DNA of 64,000 nt. Origin: Eledone cirrhosa. Its lineage: Eukaryota. Shown here in pieces: positions 13,360 to 28,500 of this stretch (position 1 is the first letter of the stretch; the number at the start of each line of letters is the position of its first letter). The stretch lies in the NCBI GenBank assembly GCA_964016885.1, contig OZ024740.1:429846001-429910000 (forward strand), in the 5' to 3' direction. A program made the translations under genes and the position numbers. Below the pieces are notes generated by a model. That model did not search any database, was not told the origin of the DNA, and was given only the letters and a program-made list of their open reading frames with translations.

Positions 13360-16300
13360 TGCCGAGGTTGACTTTGCCTTTCATCCTTACGGGGTAGATA
13401 AAATAAGTACCTGTAATGCACTGGGTAATTGCTGGCCTTGTGCCTAAAGTAGAAACAGTTATTTAAAATAATATAACAGTAATGATATAGGTAGTAATAT
13501 TAGGTTGTTATTTAGAATAATATAACAGTAATGATATAGGTAGTAATATTAGGTTGTTATTTAGAATAATATAACAGTAATGATATAGGTAGTAATATTA
13601 GGTTGTTATTTAGAATAATATAACAGTAATGATATAGGTAGTAATATTAGGTTGTTATTTAGAATAATATAACAGTAATGATATAGGTAGTAATATTAGG
13701 TTGTTATTTAGAATAATATAACAGTAATGATATAGGTAGTAATATTAGGTTGTTATTTAGAATAATATAACAGTAATGATATAGGTAGTAATATTAGGTT
13801 GTTATTTATAATAATATAACAGTAATGATATAGGTAGTAATATTAGGTTGTTATTTAAAATAATATAACAGTAATGATATAGGTAGTAATATTAGGTTGT
13901 TATTTAGAATAATATAACAGTAATGATATAGGTAGTAATATTAGGTTGTTATTTAGAATAATATAACAGTAATGATATAGGTAGTAATATTAGGTTATTA
14001 TTTAGAATAATATAACAGTAATGATATAGGTAGTAATATTAGGTTGTTATTTAGAATAATATAACAGTAATGATATAGGTAGTAATATTAGGTTGTTATT
14101 TAAAATAATATAACAGTAATGATATAGGTAGTAATATTAGGTTGTTATTTAGAATAATATAACAGTAATGATATAGGTAGTAATATTAGGTTGTTGTTTA
14201 GAATAATATAACAGTAATGATATAGGTAGTAATATTAGGTTGTTATTTAGAATAATATAACAGTAATGATATAGGTAGTAATATTAGGTTGTTATTAGAA
14301 TAATATAACAGTAATGATATAGGTAGTAATATTAGGTTATTATTTAGAATAATATAACAGTAATGATATAGGTAGTAATATTAGGTTGTTATTTAGAATA
14401 ATATAAAAGTAATGATATAGGTAGTAATATTAGGTTGTTATTTAAAATAATATAACAGTAATGATATAGGTAGTAATATTAGGTTGTTATTTAGAATAAT
14501 ATAACAGTAATGATATAGGTAGTAATATTAGGTTGTTGTTTAGAATAATATAACAGTAATGATATAGGTAGTAATATTAGGTTGTTATTTAGAATAATAT
14601 AACAGTAATGATATAGGTAGTAATATTAGGTTGTTGTTTAGAATAATATAACAGTAATGATATAGGTAGTAATATTAGGTTGTTATTTAGAATAATATAA
14701 CAGTAATGATATAGGTAGTAATATTAGGTTATTATTTAGAATAATATAAACAGTAATGATATAGGTAGTAATATTAGGTTGTTATTTAGAATAATATAAC
14801 AGTAATGATATAGGTAGTAATATTAGGTTGTTATTTAGAATAATATAACAGTAATGATATAGGTAGTAATATTAGGTTGTTGTTTAGAATAATATAACAG
14901 TAATGATATACGTAGTAATATTAAGGTTGTTATTTAAAATAATATAACAGTAATGATATAGGTAGTAATATTAGGTTGTTATTTAGAATAATATAACAGT
15001 AATGATATAGGTAGTAATATTAGGTTGTTGTTTAGAATAATATAACAGTAATGATATAGGTAGTAATATTAGGTTGTTATTTAGAATAATATAACAGTAA
15101 TGATATAGGTAGTAATATTAGGTTGTTGTTTAGAATAATATAACAGTAATGATATAGGTAGTAATATTAGGTTGTTATTTAGAATAATATAACAGTAATG
15201 ATATAGGTAGTAATATTAGGTTATTATTTAGAATAATATAACAGTAATGATATAGGTAGTAATATTAGGTTGTTATTTAGAATAATATAACAGTAATGAT
15301 ATAGGTAGTAATATTAGGTTGTTATTTAGAATAATATAACAGTAATGATATAGGTAGTAATATTAGGTTCTTGTTAGAATAATATAACAGTAATGATATA
15401 GGTAGTAATATTAGGTTGTTATTTAGAATAATATAACAGTAATGATATAGGTAGTAATATTAGGTTATTATTTAGAATAATATAACAGTAATGATATAGG
15501 TAGTAATATTAGGTTGTTATTTAGAATAATATAACAGTAATGATATAGGTAGTAATATTAGGTTGTTATTTAGAATAATATAACAGTAATGATATAGGTA
15601 GTAATATTAGGTTGTTATTTAGAATAATATAACAGTAATGATATAGGTAGTAATATTAGGTTGTTATTTAAAATAATATAACAGTAATGATATAGGTAGT
15701 AATATTAGTTTGTTATTTAGAATAATATAACAGTAATAATATAGGTAGTAATATTAGGTTGTTATTTAGAATAATATAACAGTAATGATATAGGTAGTAA
15801 TATTTGGTTGTTATTTTGAATAATATAACAGTAATGATATAGGTAGTAATATTAGGTTGTTATTTAGAATAATATAACAGTAATGATATAGGTTGTAATA
15901 TTAGGTTGTTATTTAGAATAATATAACAGTAATGATATAGGTTGTAATATTAGGTTGTTATTTAGAATAATATAACAGTAATGATATAGGTTGTAATATT
16001 AGGTTGTTATTTAGAATAATATAACAGTAATGATATAGGTAGTAATATTAGGTTGTTATTTAGAATAATATAACAGTAATGATATAGGTAGTAATATTAG
16101 GTTGTTATTTAGAATAATATAATAGTAATGATATAGGTAGTAATATTAGGTTGTTATTTAGAATAATATAACAGTAATGATATAGGTAGTAATATTAGGT
16201 TGTTATTTAGAATAATATAACAGTATGATATAGGTAGTAATATTAGGTTGTTATTTAAAATAATATAACAGTAATGATATAGGTAGTAATATTAGGTTGT

Positions 16301-16743
16301 TATTTAGAATAATATAACAGTAATGATATAGGTAGTAATATTAGGTTGTTATTTAGAATAATATAACAGTAATGATATAGGTAGTAATATTAGGTTGTTA
16401 TTTAGAATAATATGACAGTAATGATATAGGTAGTAATATTAGGTTGTTATTTAAAATAATATAACAGTAATGATATAGGTAGTAATATTAGGTTGTTATT
16501 TAGAATAATATAACAGTAATGATATAGGTAGTAATATTAGGTTGTTATTTTGAATAATATAACAGTAATGATATAGGTAGTAATATTAGGTTGTTATTTA
16601 AAATAATATAACAGTAATGATATAGGTAGTAATATTAGGTTTTTATTTAGAATAATATAACAGTAATGATATAGGTAGTAATATTAGGTTGTTATTTAAA
16701 TAATATAACAGTAATGATATAGGTAGTAATATTAGGTTGTTAT

Positions 16744-16807
16744 TTAGAATAATATAACAGTAATGATATAGTAGTAATATTAGGTTGTTATTTAGAATAA
16801 TATAACA
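16744..16807. other. Fold-back junction: asymmetric spacer plus ATAACA microhomology
   Basis: Forward ...AGAATAAT-ATAACA switches to reverse ATAACA-ACCTAATATT..., sharing the hexamer at 16802-16807. Variant register pairs 16802 with 16743 rather than 16791, leaving about one unpaired monomer. Confidence 0.88.
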
Positions 16808-19800
16808 ACCTAATATTACTACCTATATCATTACTGTTATATTATTTTAAATAACAACCTAATATTACTACCTATATCATTACTGTTATATTATTCTAAA
16901 TAAAAACCTAATATTACTACCTATATCATTACTGTTATATTATTTTAAATAACAACCTAATATTACTACCTATATCATTACTGTTATATTATTCAAAATA
17001 ACAACCTAATATTACTACCTATATCATTACTGTTATATTATTCTAAATAACAACCTAATATTACTACCTATATCATTACTGTTATATTATTATAAATAAC
17101 AACCTAATATTACTACCTATATCATTACTGTCATATTATTCTAAATAACAACCTAATATTACTACCTATATCATTACTGTTATATTATTCTAAATAACAA
17201 CCTAATATTACTACCTATATCATTACTGTTATATTATTCTAAATAACAACCTAATATACTACCTATATCATTACTGTTATATTATTTTAAATAACAACCT
17301 AATATTACTACCTATATCATTACTGTTATATTATTCTAAATAACAACCTAATATTACTACCTATATCATTACTGTTATATTATTCTAAATAACAACCTAA
17401 TATTACTACCTATATCATTACTATTATATTATTCTAAATAACAACCTAATATTACTACCTATATCATTACTGTTATATTATTCTAAATAACAACCTAATA
17501 TTACTACCTATATCATTACTGTTATATTATTCTAAATAACAACCTAATATTACAACCTATATCATTACTGTTATATTATTCTAAATAACAACCTAATATT
17601 ACAACCTATATCATTACTGTTATATTATTCTAAATAACAACCTAATATTACAACCTATATCATTACTGTTATATTATTCTAAATAACAACCTAATATTAC
17701 TACCTATATCATTACTGTTATATTATTCAAAATAACAACCAAATATTACTACCTATATCATTACTGTTATATTATTCTAAATAACAACCTAATATTACTA
17801 CCTATATTATTACTGTTATATTATTCTAAATAACAAACTAATATTACTACCTATATCATTACTGTTATATTATTTTAAATAACAACCTAATATTACTACC
17901 TATATCATTACTGTTATATTATTCTAAATAACAACCTAATATTACTACCTATATCATTACTGTTATATTATTCTAAATAACAACCTAATATTACTACCTA
18001 TATCATTACTGTTATATTATTCTAAATAACAACCTAATATTACTACCTATATCATTACTGTTATATTATTCTAAATAATAACCTAATATTACTACCTATA
18101 TCATTACTGTTATATTATTCTAAATAACAACCTAATATTACTACCTATATCATTACTGTTATATTATTCTAAACAAGAACCTAATATTACTACCTATATC
18201 ATTACTGTATATTATTCTAAATAACAACCTAATATTACTACCTATATCATTACTGTTATATTATTCTAAATAACAACCTAATATTACTACCTATATCATT
18301 ACTGTTATATTATTCTAAATAATAACCTAATATTACTACCTATATCATTACTGTTATATTATTCTAAATAACAACCTAATATTACTACCTATATCATTAC
18401 TGTTATATTATTCTAAACAACAACCTAATATTACTACCTATATCATTACTGTTATATTATTCTAAATAACAACCTAATATTACTACCTATATCATTACTG
18501 TTATATTATTCTAAACAACAACCTAATATTACTACCTATATCATTAACTGTTATATTATTCTAAATAACAACCTAATATTACTACCTATATCATTACTGT
18601 TATATTATTTTAAATAACAACCTAATATTACTACGTATATCATTACTGTTATATTATTCTAAACAACAACCTAATATTACTACCTATATCATTACTGTTA
18701 TATTATTCTAAATAACAACCTAAATATTACTACCTATATCATTACTGTTATATTATTCTAAATAACAACCTAATATTACTACCTATATCATTACTGTTAT
18801 ATTATTCTAAATAATAACCTAATATTACTACCTATATCATTACTGTTATATTATTCTAAATAACAACCTAATATTACTACCTATATCATTACTGTTATAT
18901 TATTCTAAACAACAACCTAATATTACTACCTATATCATTACTGTTATATTATTCTAAATAACAACCTAATATTACTACCTATATCATTACTGTTATATTA
19001 TTCTAAACAACAACCTAATATTACTACCTATATCATTACTGTTATATTATTCTAAATAACAACCTAATATTACTACCTATATCATTACTGTTATATTATT
19101 TTAAATAACAACCTAATATTACTACCTATATCATTACTTTTATATTATTCTAAATAACAACCTAATATTACTACCTATATCATTACTGTTATATTATTCT
19201 AAATAATAACCTAATATTACTACCTATATCATTACTGTTATATTATTCTAAATAACAACCTAATATTACTACCTATATCATTACTGTTATATTATTCTAA
19301 ATAACAACCTAATATTACTACCTATATCATTACTGTTATATTATTCTAAACAACAACCTAATATTACTACCTATATCATTACTGTTATATTATTCTAAAT
19401 AACAACCTAATATTACTACCTATATCATTACTGTTATATTATTTTAAATAACAACCTAATATTACTACCTATATCATTACTGTTATATTATTCTAAATAA
19501 CAACCTAATATTACTACCTATATCATTACTGTTATATTATTCTAAATAATAACCTAATATTACTACCTATATCATTACTGTTATATTATTCTAAATAACA
19601 ACCTAATATTACTACCTATATCATTACTGTTATATTATTCTAAATAACAACCTAATATTACTACCTATATCATTACTGTTATATTATTTTAAATAACAAC
19701 CTAATATTACTAACCTATATCATTACTGTTATATTATTATAAATAACAACCTAATATTACTACCTATATCATTACTGTTATATTATTCTAAATAACAACC

Positions 19801-20090
19801 TAATATTACTACCTATATCATTACTGTTATATTATTCTAAATAACAACCTAATATTACTACCTATATCATTACTGTTATATTATTCTAAATAACAACCTA
19901 ATATTACTACCTATATCATTACTGTTATATTATTCTAAATAACAACCTAATATTACTACCTATATCATTACTGTTATATTATTCTAAATAACAACCTAAT
20001 ATTACTACCTATATCATTACTGTTATATTATTCTAAATAACAACCTAATATTACTACCTATATCATTACTGTTATATTATTTTAAATAAC

Positions 20091-20277
20091 TGTTTCTACT
20101 TTAGGCACAAGGCCAGCAATTACCCAGTGCATTACAGGTACTTTATTTTATCTACCCCGTAAGGATGAAAGGCAAAGTCAACCTCGGCAGGATTTGAACT
20201 CAGATCGTAAAGGGGACGTAACTATGCTGGAAAGCATGGCGTCCGACCCTCTACCGATACTGCCAATCCACCGCCCT
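20091..20277 (-). mobile_element. tRNA-derived SINE, copy 2 (187 bp; palindromic mirror of copy 1)
   Basis: Reverse complement of 13273-13457 apart from two homopolymer-length differences. TSD TTATATTATTTTAAATAAC at 20072-20090 and 20278-20296. Confidence 0.88.
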
Positions 20278-20362
20278 TTATATTATTTTAAATAACAACC
20301 TAATATTACTACCTATATCATTACTGTTATATTATTCTAAATAACAACCTAATATTACTACC

Positions 20363-20406
20363 TAATATAACAGTAATGATATAGGTAGTAATATTAGGTT
20401 GTTATT
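20363..20406 (+). other. 44-bp micro-inversion, mirror of 13144-13187
   Basis: TAATATAACAGTAATGATATAGGTAGTAATATTAGGTTGTTATT in forward orientation inside the reverse array. Confidence 0.93.
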
Positions 20407-23400
20407 ACTGTTATATTATTCTAAATAACAACCTAATATTACAACCTATATCATTACTGTTATATTATTCTAAATAACAACCTAATATTACAACCTATAT
20501 CATTACTGTTATATTATTCTAAATAACAACCTAATATTACAACCTATATCATTACTGTTATATTATTCTAAATAACAACCTAATATTACTACCTATATCA
20601 TTACTGTTATATTATTCAAAATAACAACCAAATATTACTACCTATATCATTACTGTTATATTATTCTAAATAACAACCTAATATTACTACCTATATTATT
20701 ACTGTTATATTATTCTAAATAACAACCTAATATTACTACCTATATCATTACTGTTATATTATTCTAAATAACAACCTAATATTACTACCTATATCATTAC
20801 TGTTATATTATTTTAAATAACAACCTAATATTACTACCTATATCATTACTGTTATATTATTCTAAATAACAACCTAATATTACTACCTATATCATTACTG
20901 TTATATTATTCTAAAGAACAACCTAATATTACAACCTATATCATTACTGTTATTATTATTCTAAATAACAACCTAATATTACAACCTATATCATTATTGT
21001 TATATTATTCTAAATAACAACATAATATTACAACCTATATCATTACTGTTATATTATTCTAAATAACAACCTAATATTACTACCTATATCATTACTGTTA
21101 TATTATTTTAAATAACCTAATATTACTACTATATCATTACTGTTATATTATTCGAAATAACAACCTAATATTACTACCTATATCATTACTGTTATATTAT
21201 TTTAAATAACAACCTAAAATTACTACCTATATCATTACTGTTATATTATTCTAAATAACAACCTAATATTACTACCTAATTATTACTGTTATATTATTCT
21301 AAATAACAACCTAATATTACTACCTATATCATTACTGTTATATTATTTTAAATAACAACCTAATATTACTACCTATATCATTACTGTTATATTATTCTAA
21401 ATAACAACCTAATATTACTACCTATATCATTACTGTTATATTATTCTAAATAACAACCTAATATTACTACCTATATAATTACTGTTATATTATTTTAAAT
21501 AACAACCTAATATTACTACCTATATCATTACTGTTATATTATTCTAAATAACAACCTAATATTACAACCTATATCATTACTGTTATATTATTCTAAATAA
21601 CAACCTAATATTACAACCTATATCATTACTGTTATATTATTCTAAATAACAACCTAATATTACAACCTATATCATTACTGTTATATTATTCTAAATAACA
21701 ACCTAATATTACTACCTATATCATTACTGTTATATTATTCAAAATAACAACCAAATATTACTATCTATATCATTACTGTTATATTATTCTAAATAACAAC
21801 CTAATATTACTACCTATATTAATTACTGTTATATTATTCTAAATAACAACCTAATATTACTACCTATATCATTACTGTTATATTATTTTAAATAACAACC
21901 TAATATTACTACCTATATCATTACTGTTATATTATTCTAAATAACAACCTAATATTACTACCTATATTCATTACTGTTATATTATTCTAAATAACAACCT
22001 AATATTACTACCTATATCATTACTGTTATATTATTCTACATAACAACCTAATATTACTACCTATATCATTACTGTTATATTATTCTAAATAACAACCTAA
22101 TATTACAACCTATATCATTACTGTTATATTATTCTAAATAACAACCTAATATTACAACCTATATCATTACTGTTATATTATTCTAAATAACAACCTAATA
22201 TTACAACCTATATCATTACTGTTATATTATTCTAAATAACAACCTAATATTACTACCTATATCATTACTGTTATATTATTCAAAATAACAACCAAATATT
22301 ACTATCTATATCATTACTGTTATATTATTCTAAATAACAACCTAATATTACTACCTATATTATTACTGTTATATTATTCTAAATAACAACCTAATATTAC
22401 AACCTATATCATTACTGTTATATTATTCTAAATAACAACCTAATATTACTTCCTATATCATTACTGTTATATTATTCTAAATAACAACCTAATATTACTT
22501 CCTATATCATTACTGTTATATTATTCTAAATAACAACCTAATATTACTACCTATATCATTACTGTTATATTATTTTAAATAACAACCTAATATTACTACC
22601 TATATCATTACTGTTATATTATTCTAAATAACAACCTAATATTACTACCTATATCATTACTGTTATATTATTCTAAATAACAACCTAATATTACAACCTA
22701 TATCATTACTGTTATATTATTCTAAATAACAACCTAATATTACAACCTATATCATTACTGTTATATTATTCTAAATAACAACCTAATATTACAACCTATA
22801 TCATTACTGTTATATTATTCTAAATAACAACCTAATATTACTACCTATATCATTACTGTTATATTATTCAAAATAACAACCAAATATTACTACCTATATC
22901 ATTACTGTTATATTATTCTAAATAACAACCTAATATTACTACCTATATCATTACTGTTATATTATTCAAAATAACAACCAAATATTACTACCTATATCAT
23001 TACTGTTATATTATTCTAAATAACAACCTAATATTACTACCTATATCATTACTGTTATATTATTCTAAATAACAACCTAATATTACAACCTATATCATTA
23101 CTGTTATATTATTCTAAATAACAACCTAATATTACTTCCTATATCATTACTGTTATATTATTCTAAATAACAACCTAATATTACTACCTATATCATTACT
23201 GTTATATTATTTCTAAATAACAACCTAATATTACTACCTATATCATTACTGTTATATTATTCTAAATAACAACCTAATATTACAACCTATATCATTACTG
23301 TTATATTATTCTAAATAACAACCTAATATTACTTCCTATATCATTACTGTTATATTATTCTAAATAACAAACCTAATATTACTTCCTATATCATTACTGT

Positions 23401-25599
23401 TATATTATTCTAAATAACAACCTAATATTACTACCTATATCATTACTGTTATATATTTTAAATAACAACCTAATATTACTACCTATATCATTACTGTTAT
23501 ATTATTCTAAATAACAACCTAATATTACTACCTATATCATTACTGTTATATTATTCTAAATAACAACCTAATATTACAACCTATATCATTACTGTTATAT
23601 TATTCTAAATAACAACCTAATAATACTTCCTATATCATTACTGCTATATTATTCTAAATAACAACCTAATATTACTACCTATATCATTACTGTTATATTA
23701 TTTTAAATAACAACCTAATATTACTACCTATATCATTACTGTTATATTATTCTAAATAACAACCTAATATTACTTCCTATATCATTACTGTTATATTATT
23801 CTAAATAACAACCTAATATTACTTCCTATATCATTACTGTTATATTATTCTAAATAACAACCTAATATTACTACCTATATCATTACTGTTATATTATTTT
23901 AAATAACAACCTAATATTACTACCTATATCATTACTGTTATATTATTCTAAATAACAACCTAATATTACTACCTATATCATTACTGTTATATTATTTTAA
24001 AAACAACCTAATATTACTACCTATATCATTACTGTTATATTATTATAAATAACAACCTAATATTACTACCTATATCATTACTTTTATATTATTCTAAATA
24101 ACAACCTAATATTTCTACCTATATCATTACTGTTATATTATTCTAAATAACAACCTAATATTACTACCTATATCATACTGTTATATTATTTTAAATAACA
24201 ACCTAATATTACTACCTATATCATTACTGTTATATTATTCTAAATAACAACCTAATATTACTACCTATATCATTACTGTTATATTATTCTAAATAACAAC
24301 CTAATATTACTACCTATATCATTACTGTTATATTATTTTAAATAACAACCTAATATTACTACCTATATCATTACTGTTATATTATTCTAAATAACAACCT
24401 AATATTACTACCTATATCATTACTGTTATATTATTCTAAATAACAACCTAATATTACTACCTATATCATTACTGTTATAATATTCTAAATAACAACCTAA
24501 TATTACTACCTATATCATTACTGTTATATTATTTTAAATCACAACCTAATATTACTACCTATATCATTACTGTTATATTATTCTAAATAACAACCTAATA
24601 TTACTTCCTATATCATTACTGTTATATTATTCGAAATAACAACCTAATATTACTTCCTATATCATTACTGTTATATTATTCTAAATAACAACCTAATATT
24701 ACTACCTATATCATTACTGTTATATTATTTTAAATAACAACCTAATATTACTACCTATATCATTACTGTTATATTATTCTAAATAACAACCTAATATTAC
24801 TACCTATATCATTACTGTTATATTATTTTAAATAACAACCTAATATTACTACCTATATCATTACTGTTATATTATTATAAATAACAACCTAATATTACTA
24901 CCTATATCATTACTTTTATATTATTCTAAATAACAACCTAATATTTCTACCTATATCATTACTGTTATATTATTCTAAATAACAACCTAATATTACTACC
25001 TATATCATTACTGTTATATTATTTTAAATAACAACCTAATATTACTACCTATATCATTACTGTTATATTATTCTAAATAACAACCTAATATTACTACCTA
25101 TATCATTACTGTTATATTATTCTAAATAACAACCTAATATTACTACCTATATCATTACTGTTATATTATTCTAAATAATAACCTCATATTACTACCTATA
25201 TCATTACTGTTATATTATTTTAAATAACAACCTAATATTACTACCTATATCATTACTGTTATATTATTCTAAATAACAACCTAATATTACTACCTATATC
25301 ATTACTGTTATATTATTCTAAATAACAACCTAATATTACTACCTATATCATTACTGTTATATTATTTTAAATAACAATCTAATATTACTACCTATATCAT
25401 TACTGTTATATTATTCTAAATAACAACCTAATATTACTAACTATATCATTACTGTTATATTATTCTAAATAACAACCTAATATTACTACCTATATCATTA
25501 CTGTTATATTATTCTAAATAACAACCTAATATTACAACCTATATCATTACTGTTATATTATTCTAAATAACACCTAATATTACAACCTATATCATTACT

Positions 25600-28500
25600 G
25601 TTATATTATTCTAAATAACAACCTAATATTACTACCTATATCATTACTGTTATATTATTCAAAATAACAACCAAATATTACTACCTATATCATTACTGTT
25701 ATATTATTCTAAATAACAACCTAATATTACTACCTATATTATTACTGTTATATTATTCTAAATAACAACCTAATATTACTACCTATATCATTACTGTTAT
25801 ATTATTTTAAATAACAACCTAATATTACTACCTATATCATTACTGTTATATTATTCTAAATAACAACCTAATATTACTACCTATATCATTACTGTTATAT
25901 TATTCTAAATAACAACCTAATATTACTACCTATATCATTACTGTTATATTATTCTAAATAACAACCTAATATTACTACCTATATCATTACTGTTATATAT
26001 TCTAAATAACAACCTAATATTACAACCTATATCATTACTGTTATATTATTCTAAATAACAACCTAATATTACTTCCTATATCATTACTGTTATATTATTC
26101 TAAATAACAACCTAATATTACTACCTATATCATTACAGTTATATTATTCTAAATAACAACCTAATATTACTTCCTATATCATTACTGTTATATTATTCTA
26201 AATAACAACCTAATATTACTACCTATATCATTACTGTTATATTATTTTAAATAACAACCTAATATTACTACCTATATCATTACTGTTATATTGTTCTAAA
26301 TAACAACCTAATATTACTACCTATATCATTACTGTTATATTATTCTAAATAACAACCTAATATTACAACCTATATCATTACTGTTATATTATTCTAAATA
26401 ACAACCTAATATTACTTCCTATATCATTACTGTTATATTATTCTAAATAACAACCTAATATTACTACCTATATCATTACTGTTATATTATTCTAAATAAC
26501 AACCTAATATTACTACCTATATCATTACTGTTATATTATTCTAAATAACAACCTAATATTACAACCTATATCATTACTGTTATATTATTCTAAATAACAA
26601 CCTAATATTACTTCCTATATCATTACTGTTATATTATTCTAAATAACAACCTAATATTACTACCTATATCATTACTGTTATATTATTCTAAATAACAACC
26701 TAATATTACTACCTATATCATTACTGTTATATTATTCTAAATAACAACCTAATATTACAACCTATATCATTACTGTTATATTATTCTAAATAACAACCTA
26801 ATATTACTTCTATATCATTACTGTTATATTATTCTAAATAACAACCTAATATTACTTCCTATATCATTACTGTTATATTATTCTAAATAACAACCTAATA
26901 TTACTACCTATATCATTACTGTTATATTATTTTAAATAACAACCTAATATTACTACCTATATCATTACTGTTATATTATTCTAAATAACAACCTAATATT
27001 ACTACCTATATCATTACTGTTATATTATTCTAAATAACAACCTAATATTACAACCTATATCATTACTGTTATATTATTCTAAATAACAACCTAATATTAC
27101 AACCTATATCATTACTGTTATATTATTCTAAATAACAACCTAATATTACAACCTATATCATTACTGTTATATTATTCTAAATAACAACCTAATATTACTA
27201 CCTATATCATTACTGTTATATTATTCAAAATAACAACCAAATATTACTACCTATATCATTACTGTTATATTATTCTAAATAACAACCTAATATTACTACC
27301 TATATCATTACTGTTATATTATTCAAAATAACAACCAAATATTACTACCTATATCATTACTGTTATATTATTCTAAATAACAACCTAATATTACTACCTA
27401 TATCATTACTGTTATATTATTCTAAATAACAACCTAATATTACAACCTATATCATTACTGTTATATTATTCTAAATAACAACCTAATATTACTTCCTATA
27501 TCATTACTGTTATATTATTCTAAATAACAACCTAATATTACTACCTATATCATTACTGTTATATTATTCTAAATAATAACCTAATATTACTACCTATATC
27601 ATTACTGTTATATTATTCTAAATAACAACCTAATATTACTACCTATATCATTACTGTTATATTATTCTAAACAACAACCTAATATTACTACCTATATCAT
27701 TACTGTTATATTATTCTAAATAGCAACCTAATATTACTACCTATATCATTACTGTTATATTATTCTAAACAACAACCTAATATTACTACCTATATCATTA
27801 CTGTTATATTATTCTAAATAACAACCTAATATTACTACCTATATCATTACTTTTATATTATTTTAAATAACAACCTAATATTTCTACCTATATCATTACT
27901 GTTATATTATTCTAAATAACAACCTAATATTACTACCTATATCATTACTGTTATATTATTTTAAATAACAACCTAATATTACTACCTATATCATTACTGT
28001 TATATTATTCTAAATAACAACCTAATATTACTACCTATATCATTACTGTTATATTATTCTAAATAACAACCTAATATTACTGCCTATATCATTACTGTTA
28101 TATTATTCTAAATAACAACCTAATATTACTACCTATATCATTACTGTTATATTATTCTAAATAACAACCTAATATTACTACCTATATCATTACTGTTATA
28201 TTATTCTAAATAACAACCTAATATTACAACCTATATCATTACTGTTATATTATTCTAAATAACAACCTAATATTACTACCTATATCATTACTGTTATATT
28301 ATTTTAAATAACAACTAATATTACTACCTATATCATTACTGTTATATTATTCTAAATAACAACCCTAATATTACTACCTATATCATTACTGTTATATTAT
28401 TCTAAATAATAACCTAATATTACTACCTATATCATTACTGTTATATTATTATACATAACAACCTAATATTACTACCTATATCATTACTGTTATATTATTC

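Larger units (their letters stand above)
13273..13457 (+). mobile_element. tRNA-derived SINE, copy 1 (185 bp), resembling octopus/cephalopod SINE families
   Basis: Non-satellite insert, much more GC-rich than the array. Starts AGGGCGGTGGAT, then A box TGGCAGTATCGG, B box GTTCAAATCC, core GTTGACTTTGCCTTTCATCCTTACGGGGTAGATAAAATAAGTACC and 3' end AATTGCTGGCCTTGTGCCTAAAGTAGAAACA. Flanked by a 19-bp TSD. The family assignment is from recall, not a search. Confidence 0.88.
1..16807 (+). repeat. 49-bp tandem satellite array, G-rich strand on + (about 340 monomers)
   Basis: Unit GTAATATTAGGTTGTTATTTAGAATAATATAACAGTAATGATATAGGTA starts at 1 and restarts at 50, 99 and so on. Most monomers differ from consensus by 0-2 substitutions. 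Interrupted only at 13144-13187 and 13273-13457. Confidence 0.99.

Noticed and set aside
13273-13365. Functional tRNA gene
   Set aside because: A and B boxes are present, but I could not build a convincing cloverleaf, there is no oligo-T terminator, and the sequence continues into a SINE body bounded by a TSD.
13273-20277. Composite or foldback transposon bounded by the two inverted SINE copies
   Set aside because: Mirror symmetry extends at least 13 kb beyond the SINEs, there is no transposase, and there is no outer TSD.
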